Assembly (NCBI GenBank): GCA_049517415.1
Contig: JBEKSC010000020.1
Location: 1 to 51,740 of the forward strand
Source of the DNA: Candidatus Bathyarchaeia archaeon
GTDB taxonomy: Archaea > Thermoproteota > Bathyarchaeia > 40CM-2-53-6
DNA length: 51,740 nt
Direction: 5' to 3'
The notes under the pieces are model-generated. The model made no database searches, was not told the DNA's origin, and saw only the letters and a list, made by a program, of their open reading frames with translations. This document shows, one piece after another, positions 1 to 8,284 of the stretch. The position numbers were made by a program, and so were the translations under genes. Position 1 is the first letter of the stretch, and every line of letters begins with the position of its first letter.

Positions 1-173
1 GACGAAATAGCAGCCGCAGTTGCCTCCGTGTCATCGCACGAGAGCGGATTAATAACCTTCGTAACACCCCGGGACAGAAGCCCCGCAAACAGCGCCCGAT
101 GGGTGTGGGCTTTGGAAGGCGGTGCCGATATCTCGCCGATTAGAACGCTTTTCGGGGTTATGGTAACGTTCAA
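1..173 (-). CDS. aroA: 3-phosphoshikimate 1-carboxyvinyltransferase (EPSP synthase), 5' part only, truncated by the window edge
   Basis: Not in the ORF track. Manual translation from TTG at 173 gives MNVTITPKSVLIGEISAPPSKAHTHRALFAGLLSRGVTKVINPLSCDDTEATAAAIS, with the EPSPS N-terminal motifs PPSK-x-THRA and NPL-x-x-DT-x-AT. It overlaps the aroK stop by 4 nt (TTGA). Confidence 0.9.
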   Translation of the reverse strand, partial: MNVTITPKSVLIGEISAPPSKAHTHRALFAGLLSRGVTKVINPLSCDDTEATAAAIS

Positions 174-1051
174 CCTTTCACCCTCAAGGATTGAGCCTTC
201 TGGAAGTTGACTGATGTTTCGATGATTCTACCCGGGAGCGACTTCCATGCGGAAAGAACCTGCTTCACCTTAGTTCTTGGGACGATAGCAGCAACCGCAG
301 GCCCCTTTCCTGTCAGGCCAGCAGCAATCGCCCCTTCATGAAGAGCCGCTACAATCGATTTTGTATCGTAGCCAAAGGCTTTGCAATAAACTAAACCATT
401 CAACGTCATCGAATTCCAATAGTTTCCGTTCAAAGCCTCTCGGTGTGCAATTTCGATGAATGGCCTGAATTTTCTTAAAGACGCTCGATCAACTTCGCTG
501 GTGTATTTTTTTCGGTTTGGAACATGAATGAGCACCCGGAAATTAGCCTTCGGCTTGGAACGTTTCAGAATCCGTCTGTGCATGTTGTCCGTTACAACGA
601 GCCCGCCGAAGTAGCACGCACACGCGTCGTCATAGGCTCCGGTCAGTGTCACTCCTGCCCGGAAGCTGGCCTCAACACCTAGTTTTACGGTCTGAACATC
701 GTTTACTTTCCTACCCAGAACCTTCAGACTGGCGATTGCGACGGCGTTGCTTGCAGCGCTGCTGCTTTTCAAGCCGACTGCAATAGGAATATTCGAATTC
801 GTTTCAATGAGCGCCCCAAAACGTTCGTCTTTGCTGAATCGTTGAAATATATGGCGAGCTGTTGTTTCAATTAGGTTCGGATCTTCCCTGGGGTCAGTCA
901 AAATACGCCCGACAAACTCGTGTGGTCGGTTTGTAAGCGTCACTTTCGCTCGCGTCCAAAGCCTAACGCCGAGTGCTGCACCTCTGCCAGTGGCCATGGC
1001 ATTGACTATGGTCACCGCTCCATGACTCACTGCCTCAGCTACTTTTTGCAT
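170..1051 (-). CDS. aroK: archaeal shikimate kinase (GHMP kinase superfamily)
   Basis: GAVTIVNAMATGRGAA, the GHMP motif IPIAVGLKSSSA, TGAYDDA and GLTGKGPA; lies in the shikimate operon. Confidence 0.93.
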   Translation of the reverse strand: MQKVAEAVSHGAVTIVNAMATGRGAALGVRLWTRAKVTLTNRPHEFVGRILTDPREDPNLIETTARHIFQRFSKDERFGALIETNSNIPIAVGLKSSSAASNAVAIASLKVLGRKVNDVQTVKLGVEASFRAGVTLTGAYDDACACYFGGLVVTDNMHRRILKRSKPKANFRVLIHVPNRKKYTSEVDRASLRKFRPFIEIAHREALNGNYWNSMTLNGLVYCKAFGYDTKSIVAALHEGAIAAGLTGKGPAVAAIVPRTKVKQVLSAWKSLPGRIIETSVNFQKAQSLRVKG

Positions 1052-1922
1052 GTTCCATCGCCAGCACGGTCTGGCTCATTGCACTACGCATCTCGATAAT
1101 TGGAGCGCGTTTTCCTGTCCACAGTTCGAAGGCACAAGCGCCTTGATTGACTAGCATGTCTAGGCCGTTGACGCTCTTTGCGCCTGCCAAGCTAGCAAGT
1201 TCGAGCAGCCTAGTATGGGGCGGCTTGTACACAATATCGAAAACGCACTGGTCGTCGCGCAACCATTCCACTGCGACCGGGGGAAAAGACACACCATCCA
1301 TCCCCATGGAGGACGCGTTAACTACGATGTTTGATTGCTCGACGAAATCCTTGAGCATCCTATCCGAGATAGAAGCATATTGGACGTCAACGTGGAGTTT
1401 CCTTCTTATCCGTAGTACGAGTTGCTTAGACTTTGCAAAGGTTCTGTTCACGAGCCGAATTGATGAAGCACGCTGGGCCAACGTGTATGCAATAGCCCGG
1501 CTTGCCCCACCAGCTCCGAATATGAGAACCGACTTTCCGTCAGGCGATACGCCCGCCTCCTCTAACGCCCTGAGAGCACCCACCCCATCGGTATTGTAAC
1601 CGCGGAGTTTCCCCTTTTCATTGATTACAGTGTTGACGGAGCCGATCGCGTCAGCCGAGGTTTCAATCATATCCAGATATGGCTGCACGGTCACCTTGTG
1701 AGGAGCAGTAACATTGAAACCTTTGACACCAGAGGCTCGCAAGCCTTTAACAGCATCCCTCAGACTCCGCCGCGTTACACGGAGAGCTACGTAGGCGGCA
1801 TCTATTTCGGTTGAGCGAAAGGCAGCGTTTTGGATTGTGGGGCTCAAGGAGTGGTCAATGGGGTCCCCTATCAAAGCATAGACCGCTGTGCTTCCAGAAA
1901 TTCTTCCGCTACTGAACTCCAA
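1035..1922 (-). CDS. aroE: shikimate dehydrogenase
   Basis: IGDPIDHSLSP, GFNVTAPHK, GSVNT, GYNTDG, GAGGA, and GLDMLVNQG motifs. Start moved from 1952 to the TTG at 1922, which overlaps the end of aroD. Confidence 0.93.
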   Translation of the reverse strand: MEFSSGRISGSTAVYALIGDPIDHSLSPTIQNAAFRSTEIDAAYVALRVTRRSLRDAVKGLRASGVKGFNVTAPHKVTVQPYLDMIETSADAIGSVNTVINEKGKLRGYNTDGVGALRALEEAGVSPDGKSVLIFGAGGASRAIAYTLAQRASSIRLVNRTFAKSKQLVLRIRRKLHVDVQYASISDRMLKDFVEQSNIVVNASSMGMDGVSFPPVAVEWLRDDQCVFDIVYKPPHTRLLELASLAGAKSVNGLDMLVNQGACAFELWTGKRAPIIEMRSAMSQTVLAMEHAKSS

Positions 1923-2571
1923 GTAGTTGCCACGCACTTCGAAGATTATCAATGGTCAGTTGGCCATCTGCCGTCTTGGAGGCTTCAGTGAGTGAGGCAA
2001 AAGTGAATTCCGCGCCGAAGAGGGGCGAGAGAATTCGTGAGACGATACCGTTACGCCCCATCGCAAATGACACTAGTCTAGTTTCGGATGATTTTTCTTC
2101 GAGGAAGCGTAATATGCTGAGGTTGTCGCGTGGATAGAGTGCGGTTGTAACGACCTTGCAGATATCGCTCCCAACCTTGATTTGGGAGTCCAACACATCC
2201 CCCAATTCATTTCGTGAAGGGGTTCTTGAAAAGTCATGGAACGACACGATCACTTCCGATCCCATGGACTTTACCTGACGAATAACGGACCGTACGTTTG
2301 GAGAAGCAAGATCTAAGTCAATGAATTCAAAACCTGAGGTTGCGGCTGCCATGAGGCGCTTTTCCGTAGTGGCTGAGTCTCGAATGGACTTGTCGGCGGC
2401 TATCACCGGGAATGTTTTCTTGTGAGCAATATCCTCAATCGCCTCCAAATTAGTCAGGTTGTCGAGTCGAAACTCTACCAAATCTGGTTTCTTTTGTGAT
2501 AGCAGGACCATCAGTTGGTCGACATTTTCGCTCCCGTCTACCATGACCGAAAGGCAGATTCGGCAGGTCAA
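1909..2571 (-). CDS. aroD: type I 3-dehydroquinate dehydratase
   Basis: DLVEFRLD, IVSFHDFSRTP, DICKVV (Schiff-base Lys), FAMG..G..SR and DGQ motifs. Confidence 0.9.
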   Translation of the reverse strand: MTCRICLSVMVDGSENVDQLMVLLSQKKPDLVEFRLDNLTNLEAIEDIAHKKTFPVIAADKSIRDSATTEKRLMAAATSGFEFIDLDLASPNVRSVIRQVKSMGSEVIVSFHDFSRTPSRNELGDVLDSQIKVGSDICKVVTTALYPRDNLSILRFLEEKSSETRLVSFAMGRNGIVSRILSPLFGAEFTFASLTEASKTADGQLTIDNLRSAWQLLGVQ

Positions 2572-3626
2572 CGCTCTATCACCATTTCATCGGCCACGAG
2601 CGTTCCGAAATGCCGACCGCCATCTTCAATTCTGACTAAGACTTGATCGCCCGATTTAAGTTCCGAGACTGACTTCGAAGCCTCGTCGGAGACTAGGCGC
2701 ACAGTTTCTGCGTTCTGGACTATAAGAGCGAACAAGCGCCCATTAACTTCTGTTTCAACCAGAATCATCGGTCGCCGTTCGATTTTCACTCGCCCAATGT
2801 GCCCCGTTCTTGCACGACCCGACCTGTTCACGATTAGAACTTCGTCCCCTGCTTTCAATTCTGACAGGTAGCGGGTTTTCTGGCCCGGGGTTAGGACATA
2901 GGACGAAACGGGACCTGCGTTGACCCTGAAAGGTCGTGGTTCAACATGCGGATTTTTGTGGACCTCCGCTTCCACCAAGAACAAACCCGATGACTGGGAC
3001 CCTACCAGCATACCTTCCCCTGGATCCATCAGTTCACACGTGTCAACGCAGGCTCGGGCACCCGTTCCTAGTGGCCTGACTAACGTAACATTCCCTTTCA
3101 GTAAAGCGACCTTTTCTTGCATCTGCTGCAGAAATCGTTCCACTTCTTCGATGTCATTCGGTGAACTCGGTGTAATGACTACTCCATCAACTCCAAGCTC
3201 TAAGGTTTGCAACGCAACCTTAGCATCATTGAGGTTCGCAACGTCGGCTAGAAGGACGGCCTTGTTCCTTGTGCGAGCGATGAGGTTTTCAAGAGGGATA
3301 ATTTTCCAGTTGGGGCATCGGACTAGGATGTAGCGAACGCCTAACGCAGCCAGCCGTACAACTTTCTGCTCATCTGTGGTATCTTTCACTACAACCTCAA
3401 GGGCTGAGTTGCCTGAAACGCTCTCGCCCATGTCGTGATGGTCTGACAGAAGTTTGATTTCAGAACGTTCGTCAGTTGAAGCCGTCTTGAGTTTCAAGCC
3501 ACTGGCAAGTGAGAGGTCAGCTGGTCGTAGCACTGCAACGTCGCAATGACCTTCGGCTGTTTTGAGTAACTCCACTTTGTGTGTTGAAGTAGTGTTAGGA
3601 TCGATTCTGATCCAGAGCTGTTTCAA
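2568..3626 (-). CDS. aroB': 3-dehydroquinate synthase II (AroB', archaeal DKFP pathway)
   Basis: WKIIPLENLIA, LELGVDGV, RACVDT, GEGMLVGS, RPFRVNAG, GRVKIERRP, QNAETVRL and RHFG motifs. Confidence 0.93.
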   Translation of the reverse strand: MKQLWIRIDPNTTSTHKVELLKTAEGHCDVAVLRPADLSLASGLKLKTASTDERSEIKLLSDHHDMGESVSGNSALEVVVKDTTDEQKVVRLAALGVRYILVRCPNWKIIPLENLIARTRNKAVLLADVANLNDAKVALQTLELGVDGVVITPSSPNDIEEVERFLQQMQEKVALLKGNVTLVRPLGTGARACVDTCELMDPGEGMLVGSQSSGLFLVEAEVHKNPHVEPRPFRVNAGPVSSYVLTPGQKTRYLSELKAGDEVLIVNRSGRARTGHIGRVKIERRPMILVETEVNGRLFALIVQNAETVRLVSDEASKSVSELKSGDQVLVRIEDGGRHFGTLVADEMVIER

Positions 3627-4414
3627 TGAGATGACCCCAGCAACTTCATGGAGCTTTGTGCGCTAGCACCTTCATGAACAATCCCGGACAACGCCTTACA
3701 CATAGCCTCCGGTTTTTCGTGTTGAAACACGTTTCGACCAAAGGAGAGGCCGGCAGCTCCAGATTTGATGGAGTTTTCCGCGAGCTCAAGAACTTCCAAA
3801 TCGGTTTTCATCCTAGGGCCACCAGCCACCACCACTGGAACCGGACAACCGTTGATAACTTTCCTGAAGCTTTCCTGGTCACCGGTGTAAACGGTCTTAA
3901 CAATGTCTGCTCCGAGTTCTGCTCCAATCCTAGCAGCGTGGGAAACAAACTCGAATTCATTTCCGTTCTTTATATTTGGCCCCCTGGGGTACATCATTGC
4001 AAGCAGAGGCATCCCGAAAGAATCACACTGCTCAGATAGGCTCCCCAGAAACTGAAGCATCTCATGCTCTTCTTCAGCCCCGATGTTTATGTGGGCCGAA
4101 ACCGCGTCTGCGCCAAGCCTGACCGCTTCCTCAACCGTGCATACGCCGACTTTGAGGTTCGGTTTGCTTCCAAGAGTGGTTGAGGCGTTGACATGGATGA
4201 TAAGCCCGTGGTTGCGAGTATCCACGTGTTTTGCTATGCCCTTGTGGACTAAGACCGCATCGGCTCCACCATTGCAAACAGCACTAATGATTGCTTGCAT
4301 ATTCTCCAACCCTCGTACAGGGCCTAGCGTCACGCCGTGATCCATCGCGATCATGAAGGTCTTCGAATCATCCCGCATGATCCGCCGCATCCTCCTCGTC
4401 TTTCCCGATTCCAT
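3623..4414 (-). CDS. aroA': 2-amino-3,7-dideoxy-D-threo-hept-6-ulosonate (ADH) synthase, DhnA-type class I aldolase
   Basis: AMDHG, LGADAVS, PLLAMMYPRG, AELGADIVKT, VVVAGGP and GRNVFQH motifs; adjacent to aroB'. Start is ATG 4414 or GTG 4417. Confidence 0.88.
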   Translation of the reverse strand: MESGKTRRMRRIMRDDSKTFMIAMDHGVTLGPVRGLENMQAIISAVCNGGADAVLVHKGIAKHVDTRNHGLIIHVNASTTLGSKPNLKVGVCTVEEAVRLGADAVSAHINIGAEEEHEMLQFLGSLSEQCDSFGMPLLAMMYPRGPNIKNGNEFEFVSHAARIGAELGADIVKTVYTGDQESFRKVINGCPVPVVVAGGPRMKTDLEVLELAENSIKSGAAGLSFGRNVFQHEKPEAMCKALSGIVHEGASAQSSMKLLGSSH

Positions 4415-4427
4415 CACAATATCACCG

Positions 4428-5471
4428 TCAAATGTAGCCCTGAGATTTCATCGACTCGCCTATGAGAACAGCACAACCTGCAGCACCGCGAATTGTGTTA
4501 TGCCCGACTGCAACATACTTCACGCCATCAAACACAGGATCCTTTCTCACTCGCCCCACAACAACCGACATACCACGCCCTTCGTTTCTATCGAAACGCG
4601 GTTGCGGCCGGTCCTGGTCTGACCGCACAATGATCGGGCGTTTTGGGGCCGAAGGTAGTTTCAGCTCTTGTGGCTCCGCAGAAAACTCAGCCAAGCAATC
4701 GACGACCTGTTCGGGCGTCGTTGGTTTCACGGTTTGGACGAAGATGGCTTCTGTGTGTCCGTCGATCACTAGGACGCGGTGGCAACTTGCCGAAACGTTA
4801 AACTCAGCGGAATGTCCAATATCGCCAAGGATCTTCTGAGTTTCTCGTTGGACTTTTTCCTCTTCTTCTTTTATGAACGGGATCACATTGTCGATTATGT
4901 CCAATGACGCAACGCCTGGGTAGCCAGCCCCAGATACTGCTTGCATTGAGGACATTACGATGTTCTTCAGACCAAACGTGTCGAAGATAGGTTTCAATGA
5001 GAGGCTGAGGACCGCCGTTGTGCAGTTGGGATTGGTCACTATCGCACCGTCCCATTTCCGTTTATGCCTCTGCTCGTCGATGAGCTTTAGGTGATTGAAG
5101 TTCGCTTCAGGGTTCATCAGGGGGACATCGGCATCCATCCTGTGTGCTGAAGCGTTGCTAACTACCGCGAAACCGGCTTTTGCGAAAACTTCCTCAGTTT
5201 CAACCGCTTGATCAGCTGGTAGGGCTGAGAAGATGATGTCAGCGTCAACTTCCTTAGGATTAGTAGGGTGAACGACCATTTCAGCGATTCCTTCCTTCAA
5301 CTGAGTTTCCATCCTCCAGTTAACCGCTTCGCCAAACCGCATTCCGGCGCTTCTTTCAGATCCGGTCAGAGTTGTAATCTCGAACCATGGGTGGTCCGTC
5401 AGTAGCTGTACGAACCGTTGGCCAACTAGCCCGGTTGCCCCTAGGATTGCAGCTTTCACCCTACAACTCAC
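4428..5471 (-). CDS. asd: aspartate-semialdehyde dehydrogenase (archaeal/fungal type)
   Basis: LGATGLVGQRF, SNASAHR, TNPNCTT (catalytic Cys), QAVSGAGYPG and HNTIRGAAG motifs. Confidence 0.95.
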   Translation of the reverse strand: MSCRVKAAILGATGLVGQRFVQLLTDHPWFEITTLTGSERSAGMRFGEAVNWRMETQLKEGIAEMVVHPTNPKEVDADIIFSALPADQAVETEEVFAKAGFAVVSNASAHRMDADVPLMNPEANFNHLKLIDEQRHKRKWDGAIVTNPNCTTAVLSLSLKPIFDTFGLKNIVMSSMQAVSGAGYPGVASLDIIDNVIPFIKEEEEKVQRETQKILGDIGHSAEFNVSASCHRVLVIDGHTEAIFVQTVKPTTPEQVVDCLAEFSAEPQELKLPSAPKRPIIVRSDQDRPQPRFDRNEGRGMSVVVGRVRKDPVFDGVKYVAVGHNTIRGAAGCAVLIGESMKSQGYI

Positions 5472-6828
5472 CCCTCACAACTTGCCTCATGAGGTTCAAA
5501 GCCGTCTCCCTCTCATCCCATGAGACAAAAACAAGGATGCTCGAGGCCAGCGTCAGCATTCCGAAGATGTTGATTTCCTTTTCGCGCAGGCGCTGTGATA
5601 TTCTACCTATGATCCCGGGAGTGTCCTCCAGGCCAACCCCTTTGACTTTCAAGAAAGCCAAGTTTCTTTGGACTGCCATCGCGAGGGTTTCGCTGCAACC
5701 AATGAGTAAGTCATGGACGTTTTTGAGTAGAAGAGTCTGAGGAGTCTGGGGGACATAGAAGATAACGGAATCAAAGTTGGCTGAAAGACCATCCAGCATT
5801 GAATGTTGTCTTATCTCACGCACTACGTTGGCTAATATTTCCGGGTTTTCGGAAATGGCTTTGCCAGTTATTGTGATCGCCATCGCAGGGGTACTGCTGG
5901 CAAAAGTAACCTCGATTTCGCCTGATATTCCGCCGGTGATGATTGTTCCGTCAGCTTCTAGGTCGTCTTTGTTGTGATTAATCACTTTGACTGGTATATC
6001 GGGATCTTTGTACTTCAGAGCCTTCCTGTGGATGAATTTGGTTCCTGAATCTGCTAACCCCACGAGGGTCCGAACTTCTATCCGAGCGAGTTTACGTGCG
6101 TTTGGAATGATTTTGGGGTCGGCTGTGAGGATTCCGTCAGCGTCAGTTACCAAGACGACCTCGTCAGCTCCGATAGCTTTCGCTATGATGAAAGCGGTTG
6201 TGTCGCTTCCGCCTCGCCCTATGGTGCTTATCTTGCCCCCAGTTGAGCGGCCTACGAATCCGGCGATCACTGGCACCGTCCCCAAGTCGAGTAATGGGAC
6301 GACGTGCTCACGGACTTTCTGCAAGCACAGCTCAAGTATTGGGTTCGCGTTGGAGAAGTCATCATCAGTAATGATCGGCCAATCGGCGTCGGTCGGATCG
6401 AAGTATCTCGCTTCGAGACCTTCGGATTTAAGCGCGGTGGCAAAGATTCGTACGCTCGTTCTTTCGCCCATCGCCAGGACGTCATCTAGATCCGTCTTGT
6501 CCGGCGCCTTAGTAGAGTCATGATTGACAAGGCCGATAAGCTGATCAGTCATCTTTCCGATAGCTGAAACTACTACAACGAGTCGAGTACCCTTCGCCGT
6601 CTCTTTGAATACTAACCGGGCTGCTTTCGCAATACGGTCTTTGTCCGCTAGGCTTGAACCGCCGAACTTGACAACAATTCTCCGTGTCTTTTGTTTAGAT
6701 GAAGCCCGAGGACTTGCGGCGATTACCGTTTGAAGTATTGTCGGCGCAGAAATCTTACTGGACAGAGTTTGGGGAGTGGTAGAGCCAGTGGCACTCACCG
6801 TAAATGTAGTCACCGAAAATGTAGCCAC
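5461..6828 (-). CDS. lysC: aspartate kinase with C-terminal ACT domain(s); N-terminus probably supplied by the overlapping leader ORF via +1 frameshift
   Basis: IVVKFGGSS, VVSA, GER, GRGGSDTTA and TDADGILTADP motifs. The conserved domain begins only at about 6678 (residue 51). The only upstream in-frame ATG/GTG/TTG codons are GTGs at 6828, 6813 and 6798, all inside the leader. Confidence 0.9.
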   Translation of the reverse strand: MATFSVTTFTVSATGSTTPQTLSSKISAPTILQTVIAASPRASSKQKTRRIVVKFGGSSLADKDRIAKAARLVFKETAKGTRLVVVVSAIGKMTDQLIGLVNHDSTKAPDKTDLDDVLAMGERTSVRIFATALKSEGLEARYFDPTDADWPIITDDDFSNANPILELCLQKVREHVVPLLDLGTVPVIAGFVGRSTGGKISTIGRGGSDTTAFIIAKAIGADEVVLVTDADGILTADPKIIPNARKLARIEVRTLVGLADSGTKFIHRKALKYKDPDIPVKVINHNKDDLEADGTIITGGISGEIEVTFASSTPAMAITITGKAISENPEILANVVREIRQHSMLDGLSANFDSVIFYVPQTPQTLLLKNVHDLLIGCSETLAMAVQRNLAFLKVKGVGLEDTPGIIGRISQRLREKEINIFGMLTLASSILVFVSWDERETALNLMRQVVRGEL

Positions 6829-6847
6829 CGCGCGTTGTACCAGCCAT
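6755..6847 (-). CDS. aromatic-rich leader peptide (uORF), 30 aa: MAGTTRGGYIFGDYIYGECHWLYHSPNSVQ
   Basis: Manual translation from ATG 6847 to TAA 6755. Six aromatic codons (Y9, F11, Y14, Y16, W21, Y23) in residues 9-23, directly ahead of an aromatic biosynthesis operon. lysC is in its +1 frame. Confidence 0.8.
   Translation of the reverse strand: MAGTTRGGYIFGDYIYGECHWLYHSPNSVQ
6785..6829 (-). repeat. three tandem 15-nt modules (GGTGGCTACATTTTC / GGTGACTACATTTAC / GGTGAGTGCCACTGG) ending in Phe, Tyr and Trp codons; candidate +1 frameshift cassettes
   Basis: Seen directly. Units 1 and 2 match at 13 of 15 nt, and all three begin with SD-like GGTG(G/A). Confidence 0.8.
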
Positions 6848-6895
6848 TTGCTTTATGCTACGCCCCTCTGTAGCCTAGCGCACCACTTGAGTGTG

Positions 6896-6903
6896 ACTTA
6901 AAA
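6896..6903 (-). promoter_or_regulatory. probable TATA box (TTTTAAGT) of the aromatic operon
   Basis: AT-rich box about 50 nt upstream of the leader ATG. The implied short 5'UTR contains GAGGGG. Confidence 0.55.
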
Positions 6904-7279
6904 GAATTCCTCAGACAATCAACATAATCATACTTCGTTCGCCGTACGGGACCGTCGGTCTCAAAGAAGGCATAATCCCGAACTGTCCTGAGTATGGATG
7001 CACCTCCACTACCTTGGCAGGCTCGCTACTTCAATGCGCGCACCGTCGCGAGACGCGCGTAAAGGCGGGTCGTCACCCTTAGCAGATCTGAAACAATAAA
7101 CGAGCAGATGATCCCTTACATTAACCGCCTCTCAGCCCTGCTCTTCGTAGTGGCAGGTGTCGCAAACCACCGAGCGAATAAGCAAGAATGAACGAAGGAA
7201 TGGCATGCGAAACAATAACCTCAAGAGTTCGTTTCAACGCTCCAACCCACTACTCAAGGAAAATGCTGGATGATTTCCC

Positions 7280-8257
7280 ATGCCTGAGGAAGCAATTACT
7301 ACAAAGGCTCTGACGAAAACGTTCGGTCATTTTACCGCGGTCGACGGTCTAAACGTAGGCGTCAATAAAGGAGAGCTATTTGGCCTGCTTGGGCCAAACG
7401 GCGCAGGAAAGACCACCATCGTCCGAATGCTTTGCACCCTAATCGAACCGACACGAGGCACCGCCAATGTTGTGGGCTATGATATTCGCGAGCAAGCGGC
7501 TGAGGTTAGGCGACAGATTGGAGTGGTTTCTGAGGGAGTCTCCCTCTACAAGGATCTGACGATCGAAGAGAACCTGAAGCTGCTCAGTACGCTCTACGAA
7601 ATCCCCCGCCCCAAGGCAGAGGCAAGAATACGAGAGTTGATGGATATGTTCGCTTTCAGGGAAAAAGCGAGCCGACTGGTAGGTGCCCTTTCATCCGGGT
7701 GGGCGAAGAAGGCTATGATATGCGCGGCTTTGCTTCACAGCCCACAGGTCCTATTCCTTGACGAAGTGACCTCCGGCCTCGACCCTCAATCAGCGATCGC
7801 ACTTCAGGATTTCACAAGGAAACAGTGCGACCTGGGAGTCACTGTAATCTGGACGACGCACTACATGGGTGAACCTGAGAAGATCTGCGACCGAGTTGGC
7901 ATTATGTTCGCGGGCAGATTAGTGCAGGTTGGGACCCCGAACGAATTGAAACATAGCGTAAGCGAACTCGCGATGGTAGAAGTTGAGACACCCGACTTGT
8001 CAAAAGTTCAGCTTGACAGGGTAAAACTCAAACTGAAGGCGATGAACCATGTTTGCAACGTGAAGTATGTGCATTCGAAGCTTCAAGTTAGCTGCGAGCG
8101 AACTGATACACTTGCCGAAGAAGTCGCGGCCGCTCTGTTTGATGTTGGGGCAAGGATTAGAGCGATTAGCACGAAAGATCCAACGCTTGAAGAGGCATTC
8201 ATCGCTCTAACGGGTGGCGAAGAGGAAATTGATCGATTCCTCGAAAGCTCGGGATAA
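7280..8257 (+). CDS. ABC-2 type exporter ATP-binding protein (DrrA/CcmA-like)
   Basis: Walker A GPNGAGKTT, degenerate signature LSSGW, Walker B LFLDEVTSGLDP, TTHY, and C-terminal TLEEAFIALTG. Confidence 0.92.
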   Translation: MPEEAITTKALTKTFGHFTAVDGLNVGVNKGELFGLLGPNGAGKTTIVRMLCTLIEPTRGTANVVGYDIREQAAEVRRQIGVVSEGVSLYKDLTIEENLKLLSTLYEIPRPKAEARIRELMDMFAFREKASRLVGALSSGWAKKAMICAALLHSPQVLFLDEVTSGLDPQSAIALQDFTRKQCDLGVTVIWTTHYMGEPEKICDRVGIMFAGRLVQVGTPNELKHSVSELAMVEVETPDLSKVQLDRVKLKLKAMNHVCNVKYVHSKLQVSCERTDTLAEEVAAALFDVGARIRAISTKDPTLEEAFIALTGGEEEIDRFLESSG

Positions 8258-8284
8258 AAGGCATAGAGTGTAGTCGATTTTCTG

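Noticed and set aside
6678..6760. Classical bacterial transcription attenuator after the aromatic leader
   Set aside because: No terminator hairpin with a U-tract, and no evident antiterminator, follows either leader (the same holds at 30339-30400). Both leaders overlap the enzyme ORF rather than preceding it.
6785..6829. 15-nt tandem repeats as a CRISPR remnant or transcription-factor operator
   Set aside because: There are no spacers or cas genes, and the period is exactly five codons within an ORF. An operator role cannot be fully excluded but does not explain the Phe/Tyr/Trp codons.
5461..6847. lysC (and trpE) as pseudogenes or assembly frameshift errors
   Set aside because: Catalytic motifs are intact, both frames stay open across the overlap, and the same +1 geometry with pathway-matched codons occurs at two loci. 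A read-level check is still advisable.
6905..7279. RNase P RNA, SRP RNA or tRNA in the intergenic gap
   Set aside because: No GAGGAAAGTCC-type RNase P motif, SRP helix-8 motif or cloverleaf with a T-loop was found on either strand.
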